Source: Ginglymostoma cirratum
Taxonomy: Eukaryota
Direction: 5' to 3'
Assembly (NCBI GenBank): GCA_024137785.1
Contig: JAHRHZ010000099.1
Location: 4,156,384-4,220,383 of the forward strand
DNA: 64,000 nt
In this document: positions 12,176 through 24,395 of the stretch, piece after piece
How the letters are laid out: each line of letters opens with the position of its first letter
Position numbering within the stretch: position 1 is the first letter of the stretch
Translations under genes and position numbers: made by a program
The notes under the pieces: model-generated
What the model was told of the DNA's origin: nothing
What the model saw: only the letters and a program-made list of their open reading frames with translations
The model's database searches: none

Positions 12176-14364
12176 TGTGTAGAGACTATAAACTGAAAAT
12201 TCTGTATACTAACATGAGTTGACTTCATGAATGTCTCCTATAAGTGGACTGCCCATTTGCTTGATTTACACATCACCTGGATATTGAATGCTTTCTCGAG
12301 GACCAATCTGTTTTGACTATTGAGGCATTAATTATATCAAATGTCTGGATGAGAGTCAGCTAACAACTCAATTAAATGATACAGTATTCATTACATTCCA
12401 TTGTATCTTTGCTTACTTGCTGACGGTTCTGTGCACTGGAAGAACTTCTTTAGTCTGTGATAGATACAAGAAGCTAATCATCTAGTTCCAACCTAAATGC
12501 AGATCATTACTGCGAGACAGGCATTTGCAGCAAGATATAACTTGATAAGAAAAATGTACGCACTTATCTTTTAAAAGTTCTTAAAGATTTTATTTTAATA
12601 TCTAGAAACAACAGTTTGAATTTTCAGTTAGAATGAAGAATTGTTATTTTCTTCAGAATTATGTACCACTAATTACCTGAATCTCTTCCAGGCTTTACAT
12701 GCACAATTAGTGGCTTGACAGTTGCAATTGGATTAGCATTAGGAATATAATGCATCTCCTGCCACTCCACTGGGTCAGGATGTCAGTGCTGAATATGTCA
12801 TTGTATGTGGAACTGCAAGTTTGCACCCATTCCGCCAATAAACACGTGCATGTTGTTGCTGATATCATTCTGCGCCTGACGACTGCTGAGTCCCATTTAG
12901 TACCATCCTGGCTGTATGCTTGCCATCCTACGTCCCTGGCCTTCCTGCTCCCCGTTCCTCACTGCCTCCACCATAATGGGCACCCTACTTCCTTACAGAC
13001 AATAACAAATAGCAAGGGAAGAGTGTAACGAGAAACATAGTCAATGAAGCATTGGCAGCTGGATGACCAGGAAAATAGCAAACAAGGTGGCCAAGTTCGA
13101 GTGGGGCAGCAACCAAATTGCAATCCTGAGATTTTAATTGAATTGGTTTGAATTGATATGAAACAGTCACAAAATGGCATTTTGTTGGTGCACTGGCTAA
13201 AATATATTTTATTTGTTTAATGTTACGGGTGGTACTTTTCTTGAATGCAGAAGCTATCTGTAGCATTGCTAGCAGTGCACAGTCACAGTGACTGCTTGGT
13301 TGGTGGGATTGTCGTGGCAGCAAACACAGCATTAGAAATAACAATATTCAGGGCCCAATTAATAAACTAAGACCTCTAAGGAGGACCCAAAGTTTACTTC
13401 TGTCTGCAATTCCAGTCTATATTCCTAACCTTGGGACAAGATGCAGCCTGATGATAAAACGTCTTCATAATTTGCAAACACTTTGTAGTTTACATTTAAG
13501 TACATGTCTGGTTAGTACATTGTTTATAGTGACTGGGCATTTGTTCAACACGGGTGAAATCTATGGCAAATGCTGGACTGCTTGCCTATTGTTTTTACTA
13601 TTAATATTTTGTCTTAAAGGGCAGAGACATGCTTGAAAGTCATCTCTTAGTACAGTAAAGGATGTGTATTTGGAAATGACTTGAAATGTGGCATTTAAGC
13701 GATGCCTTCCATTTCCTTGCACTATAAGATAATATCTTCGAAATCATAGGTACTTAATGGTGTGTTTACAGAAATTGGTGGCTAATGTGTCTCTCTAGTC
13801 TTCTGAAATAGTTTGCAGTTCTTGGTACTTGCAAAATGGAAGAAATTGTAATCTGATAGTCTGCCAAAATGTTAATTTGCTGTCTTGAGAAATTTCATAA
13901 TTTGCAAATACCTTCAGCATGATGCCAGGTTCTATTAGGGCACCCACTATAACTATTGCAGTCTTCAACAATATTTCTGTACAGAAAGCCTCATCTGCCC
14001 CGTTCCAGCTAAAAGGAATATGAAAATCTAATCCTGATTAAATCATTTCAAATTGTCCTTGATAATATGGTCTTGTCCTTCCTGAAGTTCTATGTAATTC
14101 TGTTGAACTCATTTTATGAACCACTGGCTGGCTAATTAAGTTGATGAAAAGCTTGTAAGTATGGTGGCGGTAAATTTGATTTGATGTATCTAGACAGTAA
14201 AGATTTTCAAAATGGTTGACTAATGGAACACGTAATTGATACTACCCATCTTAAATAAAGATCCTATGATATAATATTTTTTGACTTGATGGCTGAAGTG
14301 TAGGAAAATTAACAGGTTTGGCATGAAACGTTTTATGAAATCAAATTTTACTTCATGGGCAAAG

Positions 14365-14551
14365 GTAAGGTCTCCATAGTCCCAGGGGACCACAGGACTG
14401 CTCTTAAATTTGAGAGACACAACTGGTAATGAGTTTAACCTGAGGGGCAAGGTTGAGCAGATGGGACCTTCACAGTGACCTTGGCTGGTACGAGAGTTGA
14501 ACTGTGCTGTTGGCATCACTCTGCATTGTGAACCAGCCGACTGAACTAACC
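14365..14551 (-). mobile_element. tRNA-derived SINE (same family as 4900-5221)
   Basis: Shared catagtccca...tttaacctgaggg...gttgag...ggcatcactctgca...actgaactaacc. Confidence 0.7.
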
Positions 14552-14596
14552 ACCCCCTACCTCATGGGTAATCTAACCTCATCAATACTGTTGTTG

Positions 14597-15700
14597 ATAA
14601 GAACTTAAGAACTAGGAGCAGGAGTAGGCCATCTGGCCCCTCAAGCCTGCCCCGCCATTTAATAAGATCATGGCTGATCTTTTTGAGACTCAGCTTCACT
14701 TACCCCCCCACTCACCATAACCCTAATTCCTTTACTGTTCAAAAATTTATCTAGCCTTGCCTTAAAAACATTCAGCGAGCTAGCTTCAATGGCTTCACTG
14801 GGCAAGGGAATTCCACAGATTCACAACCCTTTGGGTGAAGAAGTTCCTCCTGACCTCAGTCCTACATCTGCTTCCCTTTATTTCGAGGCGATGCCCCCTA
14901 GTCCGAGTTTCACCTGCTAGTGGAAACAACCTCCCTGCCTCCACCTTACCTATTCCCTTCATAATCTTATATGTTTCTATAAGATCTCCCCATATTCTTC
15001 TGAATTCCAATCAGTATAATCCCAGCCTACTCAGTCTTTCCTCATAATCCAACCCTCTCAACTCTGGAATCAACCGAGTGAGTCTCCTCTGCACACCCTC
15101 CAGTGCTAGTATATCCTGTGTCAAGTAATGAGACCAAAACTGCACACAGTACTCCAGGTGTGGCCTCACCAGGACCATATACAGCTCCAGCATAGCCTCC
15201 CTGTTTTTAAACTCCATCCCTCAAGCAATGACAGACAAAATTCTGTTTGCCTTTTTAATTACCTGCTGCACCTGTAATCCTACTTCTGGCGATTCATGCA
15301 CAAGGCTACCCAAGTCCCTCTGCACAGCAGCGTGCTGCAATTTTTTACCATTTAAAATATAGTGCATTTTGCTGTTATTCCTACCAAAATGGATGACCTC
15401 ACACTTATCAACATTGTACTCCATCTGCCAGACTTCTGCCCACTCACTTACACTATCTATATCCCTCTGCAGACTTTCAGTGTCTTCTGCACACTTTGCT
15501 CTACCACTCACCTTAGTGTCATCTGCAACTTGTGACACACCACACTTAGTCCCCAACTCCAAATCATCTATGTAAATTGTAAACAGTTGCGGCCCCAATA
15601 CTGATCCCTGAGGCACGCCACTGGCCACTGACCGCCAACCAGAAAAACACCCATTTACCCCTACTCTTTGTTTTCTACTGGTCAACCAATCCTCTATCCA
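14597..15700 (-). mobile_element. CR1 LINE 3' portion, relatively young
   Basis: ORFs 15221-15763, 15011-15217 and 14795-15010 contain SGVPQGSVLGPQLFTIYIDDL, ADDTK and LVRPHLEYCVQFWS; short tandem tail (taagaac). Confidence 0.95.
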
Positions 15701-16466
15701 TTGATGATTTGACTCACCACTGGAAGTAACAGCCATACTTGTTTTGAAGCCAAGTGAAAACACGTAGCTGCCTCTGAATGGAAGTCACACATGGAAATAA
15801 AATGGCAGAGGTCCATGCACTGACCCTTGCATTACTCCATTCAACATCTTTCATTTCTTCAATGTTCTCTATGCTACTCTGACATTACTTCACAAACTAG
15901 TGAACTCTGGTCTGCACACCTTTGTTCATTTTCCCTGTCTAATCTGGTTTTAAATTGAATACCATAGCCATCCTGGGTATTCATGATTTTTTTTAAGAAG
16001 TGTTTTATCTGGAATATGATGAAGGCTATTTGGAAGTTGAATTGTATCATAAGAATTTCCAAGATCTATCTATAAACTAGTTTCAAAAGAAGACCCAATT
16101 CCCTTCCCAATCCAACTACCCTTATTCTGATTATACAGTTAAAATTTTGCTGTGTTGTAGACGGTGCACTTCCAGTACATTGTTTAGTGGCTTCTTTTAC
16201 TATCTTTTACCATCTATTGGTGTAAGGCCATTTGTTTGTGATTGATTGTCTTGGTCAGATTTGTCCTTTCAAGGCAAGTGCTGTCTTCAGTACTGAGTTA
16301 TTGTTTTTGACTAGACAATGCACAAATTTCTGCCCATGTCTCCTACTCAGCTCCATGCTCAGTAAATGTATGCTGTGTGCCTGAAGGGAATTATTAGTGT
16401 TTAGTCTTCCATCAACTTAGCGAGCATTGCAATAACTGGAAGGCAACATTACCCTATATGTCATAG

Positions 16467-16676
16467 ATAGTAGGAACTGCCGATGCTGGAGAACCTGAGA
16501 TAACAAGGGGTGGAGCTGGAAGAACACAGCAGGACGAGCAGGAACGCTGATGTTTCGGGTCTGGGCCCTTCAGACCCTTTTTCTGAAGAAGGGTTCAGAC
16601 CCGAAACGTCAGCTTTCCTGCTCCTCTGATGCTGCTTGGCCTGCTGTGTTCATCCAGCTCTACGCCTTGTTATCCC
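16467..16676. mobile_element. PLE-terminus-derived hairpin element with intact minimal hammerhead core (16583-16610) and 11-bp TSD
   Basis: CTGAAGA-A-GGGT-TCAG-ACCC-GAAA-CGTC; TSD atatgtcatag at 16456-16466 and 16677-16687; long inverted arms. Confidence 0.85.
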
Positions 16677-16934
16677 ATATGTCATAGTTGGCTTCATGAC
16701 CTTTAACTTAAAAAGACATTGTTTTTCCACAAACCTCATGTAAATGTTGACACTAGGCATTCAGGGATTGGATTGTGGTTTAATTATTAGTTGCCTGCTG
16801 GTAATTATGATGGTTTAGTAGTTGAAAGCATAATATAATACACTGGCATCTCCCAGCCAGTCGCCAATACTTGTGTACTATGTTATCTTATTGATCTCTA
16901 GGTCTTAGTGCAAGAATACCAAGTATGGCGCTCA

Positions 16935-17500
16935 ATTTAAACTGGAGAAATAATTGGTAGAATGAGCTAACATACATTCTCAAAATGGTCATGTTACCAC
17001 TTGTGGAGCCATCAGACTGTACACTTCAGAAGTGAAGAATGTTGATATTTCAGAGTTCAAGCTTAGTGCCAGATTGTGGACAACATTCATGAAAAGGCAC
17101 AATTTAGTACGCTGTCAGAACATAAAAATTTCACAGTGTCTGTCATGTGATCTCCAGAATAAGGAAATCAAATTCCACTGTTTTGCCATCTGAGATAGAG
17201 GGAAGATTCACGAATGATTGGCCTCTATTGAAAATATGGATGCAACAATATACAACTTCAATATGCCAGCAAGCAAGATTGTTGCCAAATGATGGGAAAA
17301 TGGAAACATTCTTTTCAAGATGACTGGTCATAAAAGGAAGAAGTTCATTAGTAATTCCATTTTGCTTGGTAGATTGTACAAAAATAAAGCCAAAGGTGAT
17401 ATTCAAGTGCAAAGTTCTCCCCAAAGAGAAATTTTGAAGAGGTATTGCCACTCTACATGGGAGAGGCTGGATATAGATCAAAGAAGCATGGAATTTGAGA
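16935..17500 (+). mobile_element. pogo-family (Tc1/mariner) DNA transposase relic
   Basis: Hand translation gives LEK*LVE*...QNGHVTT.GAIRL, EFKLSA.LWTTFMKRHNLVR..IKISQ (CENP-B-type HTH) and KMTGHK..F..V...CLVDCTKIKPKVIFK.KVLPKEKF (DDE_1 start). Confidence 0.75.
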
Positions 17501-17719
17501 CCAGGAGGACTATGCAAAGAAAATTTTTTTGTGTCATGTTCAAACCCCATTAGGTGGAAGATGTAATCCACGATGTGAGGCCAACCAATTATTCCTGTTG
17601 TATGACCAAGCCAGCCGTGTTCCTGTGTGAGCTGCTGTTGTGATGAAGGTTGTTGCCACCATCTTTTGAGTTAGAAGCCACAAGGACCTTGCTTTTACGC
17701 TAATATTTCTGCCCTCCAC

Positions 17720-18128
17720 CAGCTACAATGTTCCAATGAAGCAACAATGTGAGCTCATGGAACAGCATCTTATTTTCTGCTCAGTACTTGAAAGCCTCGA
17801 GGTCTCAATATAAAATTTATTAATTCCAGAATCTGACTGCATTATGTCTGTTCTCCATTTTCTTACATCCACCATCTCTCCCCAACCCCACCACGCCCAA
17901 CTATGTCATGTTTGTGTCTTGTTTACTTGCACTTAGCAAAAAGAATTCTTTCCCTTTCACACTTTAATTTACATCCTTTTTACATCTCTTTTCTTCTGTT
18001 CTGATGAAGAATCACCATACTTGAAATAATAAATCTTTTCTCCCCACAGGTCCTGCTGACCTGTTGAGTTTCTCCAGAAATTTCTGTTTTTGTTTCAGGT
18101 ATCCTGCATCCACAGGTCTTTGTTTTAG
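17720..18128 (+). mobile_element. Penelope-like retroelement 3' relic: GIY-YIG C-terminus + pLTR with decayed hammerhead
   Basis: LQCSNEA..ELMEQHLIF...PRGLNIKF resembles the PLE endonuclease end (RKLEEQHLIFRLGTLQP.GLN); CTGATGA at 18001-18007 followed by GAAA. Confidence 0.75.
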
Positions 18129-18134
18129 TTTATA

Positions 18135-19200
18135 CAGGAGTAGGGAGGTTATGCTTAAGGTATGCAGGGCACTGGTGAGATAGCATCAGGAGTAGTGCGC
18201 ACAGTATTTGGTCACCCTATTAATAGAATGTTAAAGATGTTCTGAGTTTACTTCACTAATACCTGTTAGAGGGTGAGTTGTCTTACAAGAAAGGATTGGA
18301 CAGGCTAGGCTTGCATCTGCTGGAGTTTAGAAAAGCGTAGGCAACTTGATTGATAAATAAAATCCTAAATTGTCTTGACAGGATAGGTGTGAAGGATGTT
18401 TCTTATGGAAGGCGATGGAAGTGATGTCATCATATATTTTAAAACTGAGGTAAGTAAATTCCTAAACAGAAACAAAGTGGTAGAGAGACTGAGCAGATCT
18501 GGTGGCATGTGTACAGAGAAAAAGCAGTTAGTGTTTCGAGGTCAGTGAACTTTCTTCAGAACTGAAAGCAGCTAGAAATTTTTGTCTCAGGCCTGCAGCA
18601 GGGCCCCAGCAAAGCTCAACACAAGCTTGAGGAACAATACCTCAGCTTCTGCTGAGATCCATTACCCACTCCCGTACCACTAAGTCCTGTTCTATATGGA
18701 TTGCTCCCAGCACAGCCAATCCATTTTTAACTATTTACACTTTCCATCGGCACCCACTCAGCATTTATCTCCCTCCCCGTTTATCATCAGCAATCACTTT
18801 GTTTTTCCTCTCTGTGGGCACTGTCTCCATCTATTTGACTTACTACTTTCCCCCCACCTGCCATCATCAACATAAATACCACCATTTCCCAGTTGCTTTC
18901 AGCTCTAACCAAGAGTCTCTGGATTCGAAAAATTAGCTGCCTTTCTCTCCACTGATGTTGCCAGACCTGCTGATTCTCTCCAGCACTTTCTGTTTTTGTT
19001 CAGATCTTCAGCTTCCGCAGCTCTTTGTTTTATTTTATTGGATAGATTCTTGTTAGTTAGGGAAGTCCAGGGTTATTGGGGTTAGATTGGAATGTGGAAT
19101 TCAAAACATAAACTGATCTGCCTTGATCTCATGGAAAGGCAGAATAGGCTGTAGGGGACAAATAGTCTACTTATAGAATTGTAGAGTCATACAGCATGGA
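18135..19200 (+). mobile_element. Decayed CR1 3' fragment interrupted by the PLE at 18464-19040
   Basis: actggtgaga..gagtagtgcgcacagt, ctggagtttaga; resumes at gatagattcttgttag after the PLE. Confidence 0.65.
18464..19040 (+). mobile_element. 5'-truncated Penelope-like element with inverted 5' pLTR, GIY-YIG remnant and 3' pLTR
   Basis: 18464-18578 is the reverse complement of 18885-19000; internal FVSGLQQGPSKAQHKLEEQYLSF; hammerhead scaffolds in both pLTRs. Confidence 0.8.
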
Positions 19201-19289
19201 AACAAGCCCTTTGGCCCAACCAGTTTACGCCGAACGTAATCCCAAACTAAGCTAGTCCCTATTTCATATGTTTGTATGTTAAATGCTTT

Positions 19290-20420
19290 GCCTCTTGCAC
19301 CATGTAGTTGCACTGTTGTTGGCTTAATAATGGCTCATTTGCTGATAATATTATAAGGTTTGTACCATTGTCTATCTTGACCATTGACGTAAATATCAGC
19401 TGCCAAAGTGTAAGGTTGGCTCACCTCTTTTCCTCTAGGAATACTTTAGTTCTTTCTTCTGTTGTAGGTTGACTTACTGTATTAAGCTTTTGCATGGGTT
19501 GCTATTTGATTTCTTTGCTTTTCTGAAATTGTGTCCCACGTCTGCACATTACCTTCCATACTAGATTATTTCCAGAAGAGATGTTCACTTTTAGTTGCAG
19601 AGTACTATCTGTGCGTGAGAGATTTCTTTGTTCCACAGTGCTGACAAAGACTTTGTCTAGTGCTTGTCCTAATCACTGTACTGGTTTCTCACTTGTCTTT
19701 TGTGGTTTTATATCTTAAGAATTGAATAGTCTTTGTTGGTCTCCATTGCCAGGGTTGACCTTCTCTCCAATCTATATCGTTGCAGATTTCTGCTTTTCTC
19801 ATCTTTTGAATGGCTTGTTCTAGACTTGGATTTGTTTTAGACAGTAAAAAATCTGACAAAGATTTGTCAGCAAATCCTGTACCAATGTTGTCTCTTTTAA
19901 GTTTCAACTTCAAGTCACGATTATTGAATTTCTCCCCTAATCTGTAGAAATCATTAATGAAATAAACAATGGATTTCCTTGGATGGTGAACTCTTCTGTT
20001 AACTCTTGCTCTTTCAGGAATTTTATTAGTTCTAGGATTTAAATAGTTCTTGAAGGCTTTCGGTACCACTTCAGAAGTATCTGTTGCCTCTTTTACTGCT
20101 TGCGAGTTTTTTTTTCCAGTTGAGTATAGATATGTGCATACTTAATCAGCTTCTGATTTAGTATATAATTTGGAAGCTAGGACTCTTGTGGTGCAATATT
20201 AGTGTCCCACTTCCAGCCCAGAATGCCTGAGTTCAAGTCCCTCATGCTTAAGAAGTGTGTAATAAAATCTCTGAACAGGTTGACAAGAAAGTATCTATAA
20301 TTTGAAAGCTTTTCTGTATCTCAAAAAATTTTCCTAGATTTCCAATTCTGTATTACATTTGGCCCATCTCTGCAATTAAATCTTCTCAGCAATATTATTT
20401 CTGATCCCATGTTTTCCAAA
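19290..20420 (-). mobile_element. Gypsy-type LTR retrotransposon gag/protease relic
   Basis: ORF 19689-20069 (NPRTNKIPERARVNRR..FINDFYRL..RDNIGTGFADKSLS..LEQAIQ) follows the Gypsy gag pattern; downstream DIYVNG..KIDNGT protease-like motif. Confidence 0.7.
20179..20295 (+). mobile_element. Short tRNA-derived SINE with 15-bp TSD, inserted in the Gypsy relic
   Basis: TSD tataatttggaagct (20164-20178) / tataatttgaaagct (20296-20310); B box gagttcaagtcc. Confidence 0.85.
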
Positions 20421-21725
20421 TGTGGGGAAGTGCTATAGAAGATCCGGTCAAATGCCAGTTGTCCAGTGAAATTCATCAACATCTTCCATACCCTCCACAA
20501 CAAGATGTTGGTGACGGTCATATGACAATCCGTTGCGGTCAAGGCAGGGCTAATCAGGGATGTGTTCTCAACGGTCTTCTCCATTTTCATCACCACCATT
20601 CTTCATCTTGTCAAGAACATGCTTCCCAATGGTGTGGACATTGTCCACAGGATGGATGGAAAACTTTTCAAATTCAACCAGGTGAAATTTGAGAAGAAAA
20701 CAACGCTGACCTCACTTGTAGAACTTCAGCATGTGAATGGCAAATGGCATCTCTGCTGTCATGGAAGAGAATCTTCAAGCCTCAATTAATGCCTTCCCAG
20801 AAGCATACCAAAGAACTGGCCTCACAGCCTCAACCGCAACAAGACTCCTATCTTTTACCAGCCCCATCAGAGGTCAAGTTCTGGTCCACATCCCCATTAA
20901 GCTCAACTAAGAAATCCTCCTAACTAGGGAACATTTCCCTTAACTGGAGAGCTGCCCCTCATCTAAGGCTGACATTGATGCAGAGATTCAGTCTGTGAGT
21001 GCCACCTTTGGATGCCTAAGAATGCCTGAGAATCTTCAATGGCCATGACATCCATGCTGACACCAAGATCCTTGTGTATAAGGTAGTCATTCTTCTTACT
21101 CTTCAATTTGGCTCCGAAACTTGAACTACATATTGTACTCCTCAAGGGTCTTGAGCTGGCATCTATCAATGCTGATTGAGATAGATTCTAGGGCAAGCAT
21201 ACTAACAGCATCACTGAAGCAGCTAATAGCACCAGTATTGAGGCCATCATCATCCGAAACAAACTCTGCTGGGCCAGCCAAGTGTTTAGGATGCCTGAGT
21301 TCTGACTGCCAAAGCAAATCATCTTCATTTAGCTGAAGGAAGACACATGAACGAAGAGAACAAAGGAATGTTATAAAGATTCCCTGGAAATTTTCACAAG
21401 AAATGCAACACAGATATCAACGCATGGGAGACCCTATTTTGAAGAAACTAATTTTAGAGGACATTTCTGTATGAAAGGAAGCAATTCTTCGAGAACATCC
21501 ATTAGCGACAGCAAGTATAGAAAAGGGACCAGAGAAAGGAAAGCCAATGATCTCACGGCCAAGGGCTAACTCCACCTCCAAGAAACACTAGCTAAGTGTG
21601 TAGTCGGAGATGCTGCTCTAGGAGCGGCCTCATCAGCTATGCAAGGAACCACAGAACTTATGACCAATGGTTACCATGAAAATTCTGTGTCAATCATACT
21701 CTTTAGCAAGTGATTGCAACTGCCA
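20420..21725 (+). mobile_element. RTE-clade LINE relic (RT, C-terminal C2H2 finger, tail)
   Basis: TVFSIFITTILHLVKNMLPNGVDIVHRMDGKLFKF..KTTLTSLVELQHV follows the RTE/BovB RT pattern (GV.I.YR.DGKLFNL..LQYADD); R.PKQI and SRSGLIS..RNH remnants. Confidence 0.8.
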
Positions 21726-23689
21726 CAATGGTCTTCCCTTTAAACCCAGAAATATTTCTCACGGCAAGGTTTATGGGTTAATCTGGTGTGGTTTTCAGCC
21801 ATGTGAGATGTTGAGAGAAAGAGAGAGAAAAACATCATTGAAATGCTTACTCTGTCTTTATCACGCAGAAGGTGGTAGATTGCTTGTGCTCAGATTGAAG
21901 GTCTAAGTTCATGTGGAGTTATGAGAGGCTGGAAGATTTGCCTGGGTTTGAGCTAGATAAAGAAATCTATCGTGTAACCCTTGTAGTGAGAGAATGTACT
22001 TTGAAGTTATCTGTTAGGAAAATATAAAGAATCAAACAACTGAAAACAAGGAGCAAATATGAATTGTTTGTAATTCTGTGGAGACTGATGTGATGAGTCA
22101 AAACGAATCATTCCTTTCTTTATTTTAAAGTATATTGCCTACAGAAGAAAAGCGCTTCATCAGATCTTTTTATGATCACGATATCATGAAAGGTTAAAAT
22201 GTTAAATATTGATGCATCATCCTTTTCAATTGTAAATGAGCAAATCTTTCCTTAAATTATCTGCCTTTATGGATACTGTAACATGCAGTATCAATTGCTT
22301 TTCCTCTACTCGTATGTTTTAGAATTGCTAGTTTGTATGAAACTTACTTTTCTATATTTGCATATCGAATAGGTTTGTTCTCAGTTTTAACTCTCCGTAA
22401 TCAATTGCAGAGCAGAGCTAATCTAACTTCCAGTGTGCTGCCTGACCTCCAATTTTGGCATTGTGACCCGGTTCAACTCCTGTCAACTCTTTTTTGTTTT
22501 TGGGAAGCAGGGTATATCATGATCATTGTTCATGGGCTGGAATGTTATTTCCAGGCGCAGCTGAAAATAACGAACTGCAGTGTTGTATCAGCTGCAGCTT
22601 CAAATTGTGTAGTCCTCTCATGTTTTACTTGCATTTTCAAGTACTGGTTACTATAGTAACAAACTTGTGCACTAGTAGCCATAGCAACGTCAAAGTCAAC
22701 ACTTGAACCTGCTAAATAAAAATTTGAAAATTTTACTTATACAATGCTGCCCAAAAATATTCAGCACTTTGTTGATGGAAATTTTCTTTTATATCTCAAA
22801 ATCGAAGAGAGGGTCCTATTGTTTTTTTTTTTTTGCAGTTTAATCTGGGAGTAGTTCTTAATTTTTTTTATGAATTTGTGGTCATAGCTATTGCTGGTGA
22901 GGCCAGCATTTATTGCTAGTCGCCAGTTGTCCAAGAGAAGGTGGTGTGGTGATCCACCTTGTAGAATTGCTGCTGTCTCTTGAATAAAAATACTCCCACC
23001 GTGCTATTAGGATTAGAGCTCGTGGATTTTGACTTAGCGATTATGAAGGAACAGCAATTACCCTTCCATGTCAGGAGAGTATGTGATTTAGAGGGAGACT
23101 TAAGTGGTGGCATTTACATTCATCTGCTGACCTTATCCCTAATGGATCAGATTGTTGGGACTTGAGGTTCTGTTGAAGGAACTTTGGCAAGTTGTTCAAA
23201 TAGTTCTTATACACGGTGTACACCGTAGCCATGGCACTTCAATGGCAGAGGGAGTGCGTGTTTATGGTGGTTATTAAGGTACCAGTGAGCAAGCTGCTTT
23301 GTGGATGGTGTCAAGCTTCTTGGGTTTAGTTGGAGGTGCACTTATCTAATCAAGTAGAGATTATTTCATCACATGCCTGACTTGTGCCTTGTGAATAATG
23401 GAAAGGCTTTAAGGAATCCAGAGATGAATAGTTTGCCGCAAAATACCTCTGCTCTGAGCTACTGTTGCACGCACAGTATTTGGGTGGCTGGTTAGTTTAG
23501 GTGTTTAGAGAATGGAAACACTCTGGGTGTTGTTGGTAATCCATTAAACATCAAGTAGTGGTTGGACTCCATGTTGAAGATGGTTATTGCTTGGTACATA
23601 AATAGCAAGTAACATTCATGTCACACATGGACGCAATACTGAATGATGTCCAATATTGCTGCATGGCAGCCTGGACTGCTTCATGAGAT

Positions 23690-23880
23690 AAGATCAGCAG
23701 GTATGGCAGCATCTGTGAGGAGAAATCAGAGTTAACGTTTAAGGTCCAGTGACCCTTCCTCAGAACCAGACCCAAAATGTTAACTCTGATTTCTCTTCAC
23801 AGGTGCTGCCAGACCTGTTGAGCTTGTCCAGCAGTCTCCATTTTTGTTTCTGATTTACAGCATCTGTGGGGTTTTTTTTC
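23690..23880. mobile_element. PLE-terminus-derived hairpin element; - strand hammerhead scaffold at 23727-23767
   Basis: Inverted arms cagcaggtatggcagcatctgtgaggagaaatcagagttaac / gttaactctgatttctcttcacaggtgctgccagacctgttg; - strand CTGAGGA-A-GGGTC-ACTG-GACCT-TAAA-CGTT. Confidence 0.8.
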
Positions 23881-24027
23881 CAGTTTTTTTTCGCTGCATA
23901 AAGCATTGGCAAAGAAATAACATTCTGGAGCCATCAACTCCACTTCTTCCTTATATAATGGTAACAAATTTCACTCATAAAGCAGCTCAGATATTTGAGA
24001 TTAGGACATTTATCCTAAGGAATTTGA

Positions 24028-24395
24028 TGACTCTTGTGGTGCAGTTGAAGTGTCCATACCTCTGGAACAGGACACCTTCATTCATATCCTACCAGCTCCA
24101 GAGGTATGTCATGATCCTGTCTGAACGTGTAGGTTAAAAATATGTACGATCAATAATGTTCATCTTGGGGATCTTGTGGTGCAGTAGTAATGTCCCTATC
24201 TCTGTACCAGGAGGCCCAGGTTCAAGTCCCGCCAGCTGCAGAGATGAGTGATAACATCTCTGAACAGATTGATTAGAAAATATCAATTGTGACACACTGT
24301 AGCAACATTTCTCCCTCTGAGCCTAGAGGCAGAGCTTCAAGTTCCATATGCTCTGAATGTGTTTCATAACATGTTCAAATAGATTGATTAAAATA
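24028..24395 (+). mobile_element. Cluster of three head-to-tail copies of the short tRNA-derived SINE
   Basis: Copies at ~24028-24145, 24168-24284 and 24292-24395 share tcttgtggtgcag...ttcaagt...ctgaacag.ttgatta.aaaata. Confidence 0.85.

Noticed and set aside
22545-22572. Small hairpin gttatttccag-gcgcag-ctgaaaataac
   Set aside because: An 11-bp stem with a mismatch is expected by chance in 64 kb and is too short for a pre-miRNA.
24028-24395. CRISPR-like or satellite array
   Set aside because: The units are diverged SINE copies with Pol III boxes in eukaryotic DNA; there is no repeat-spacer structure and no cas genes.
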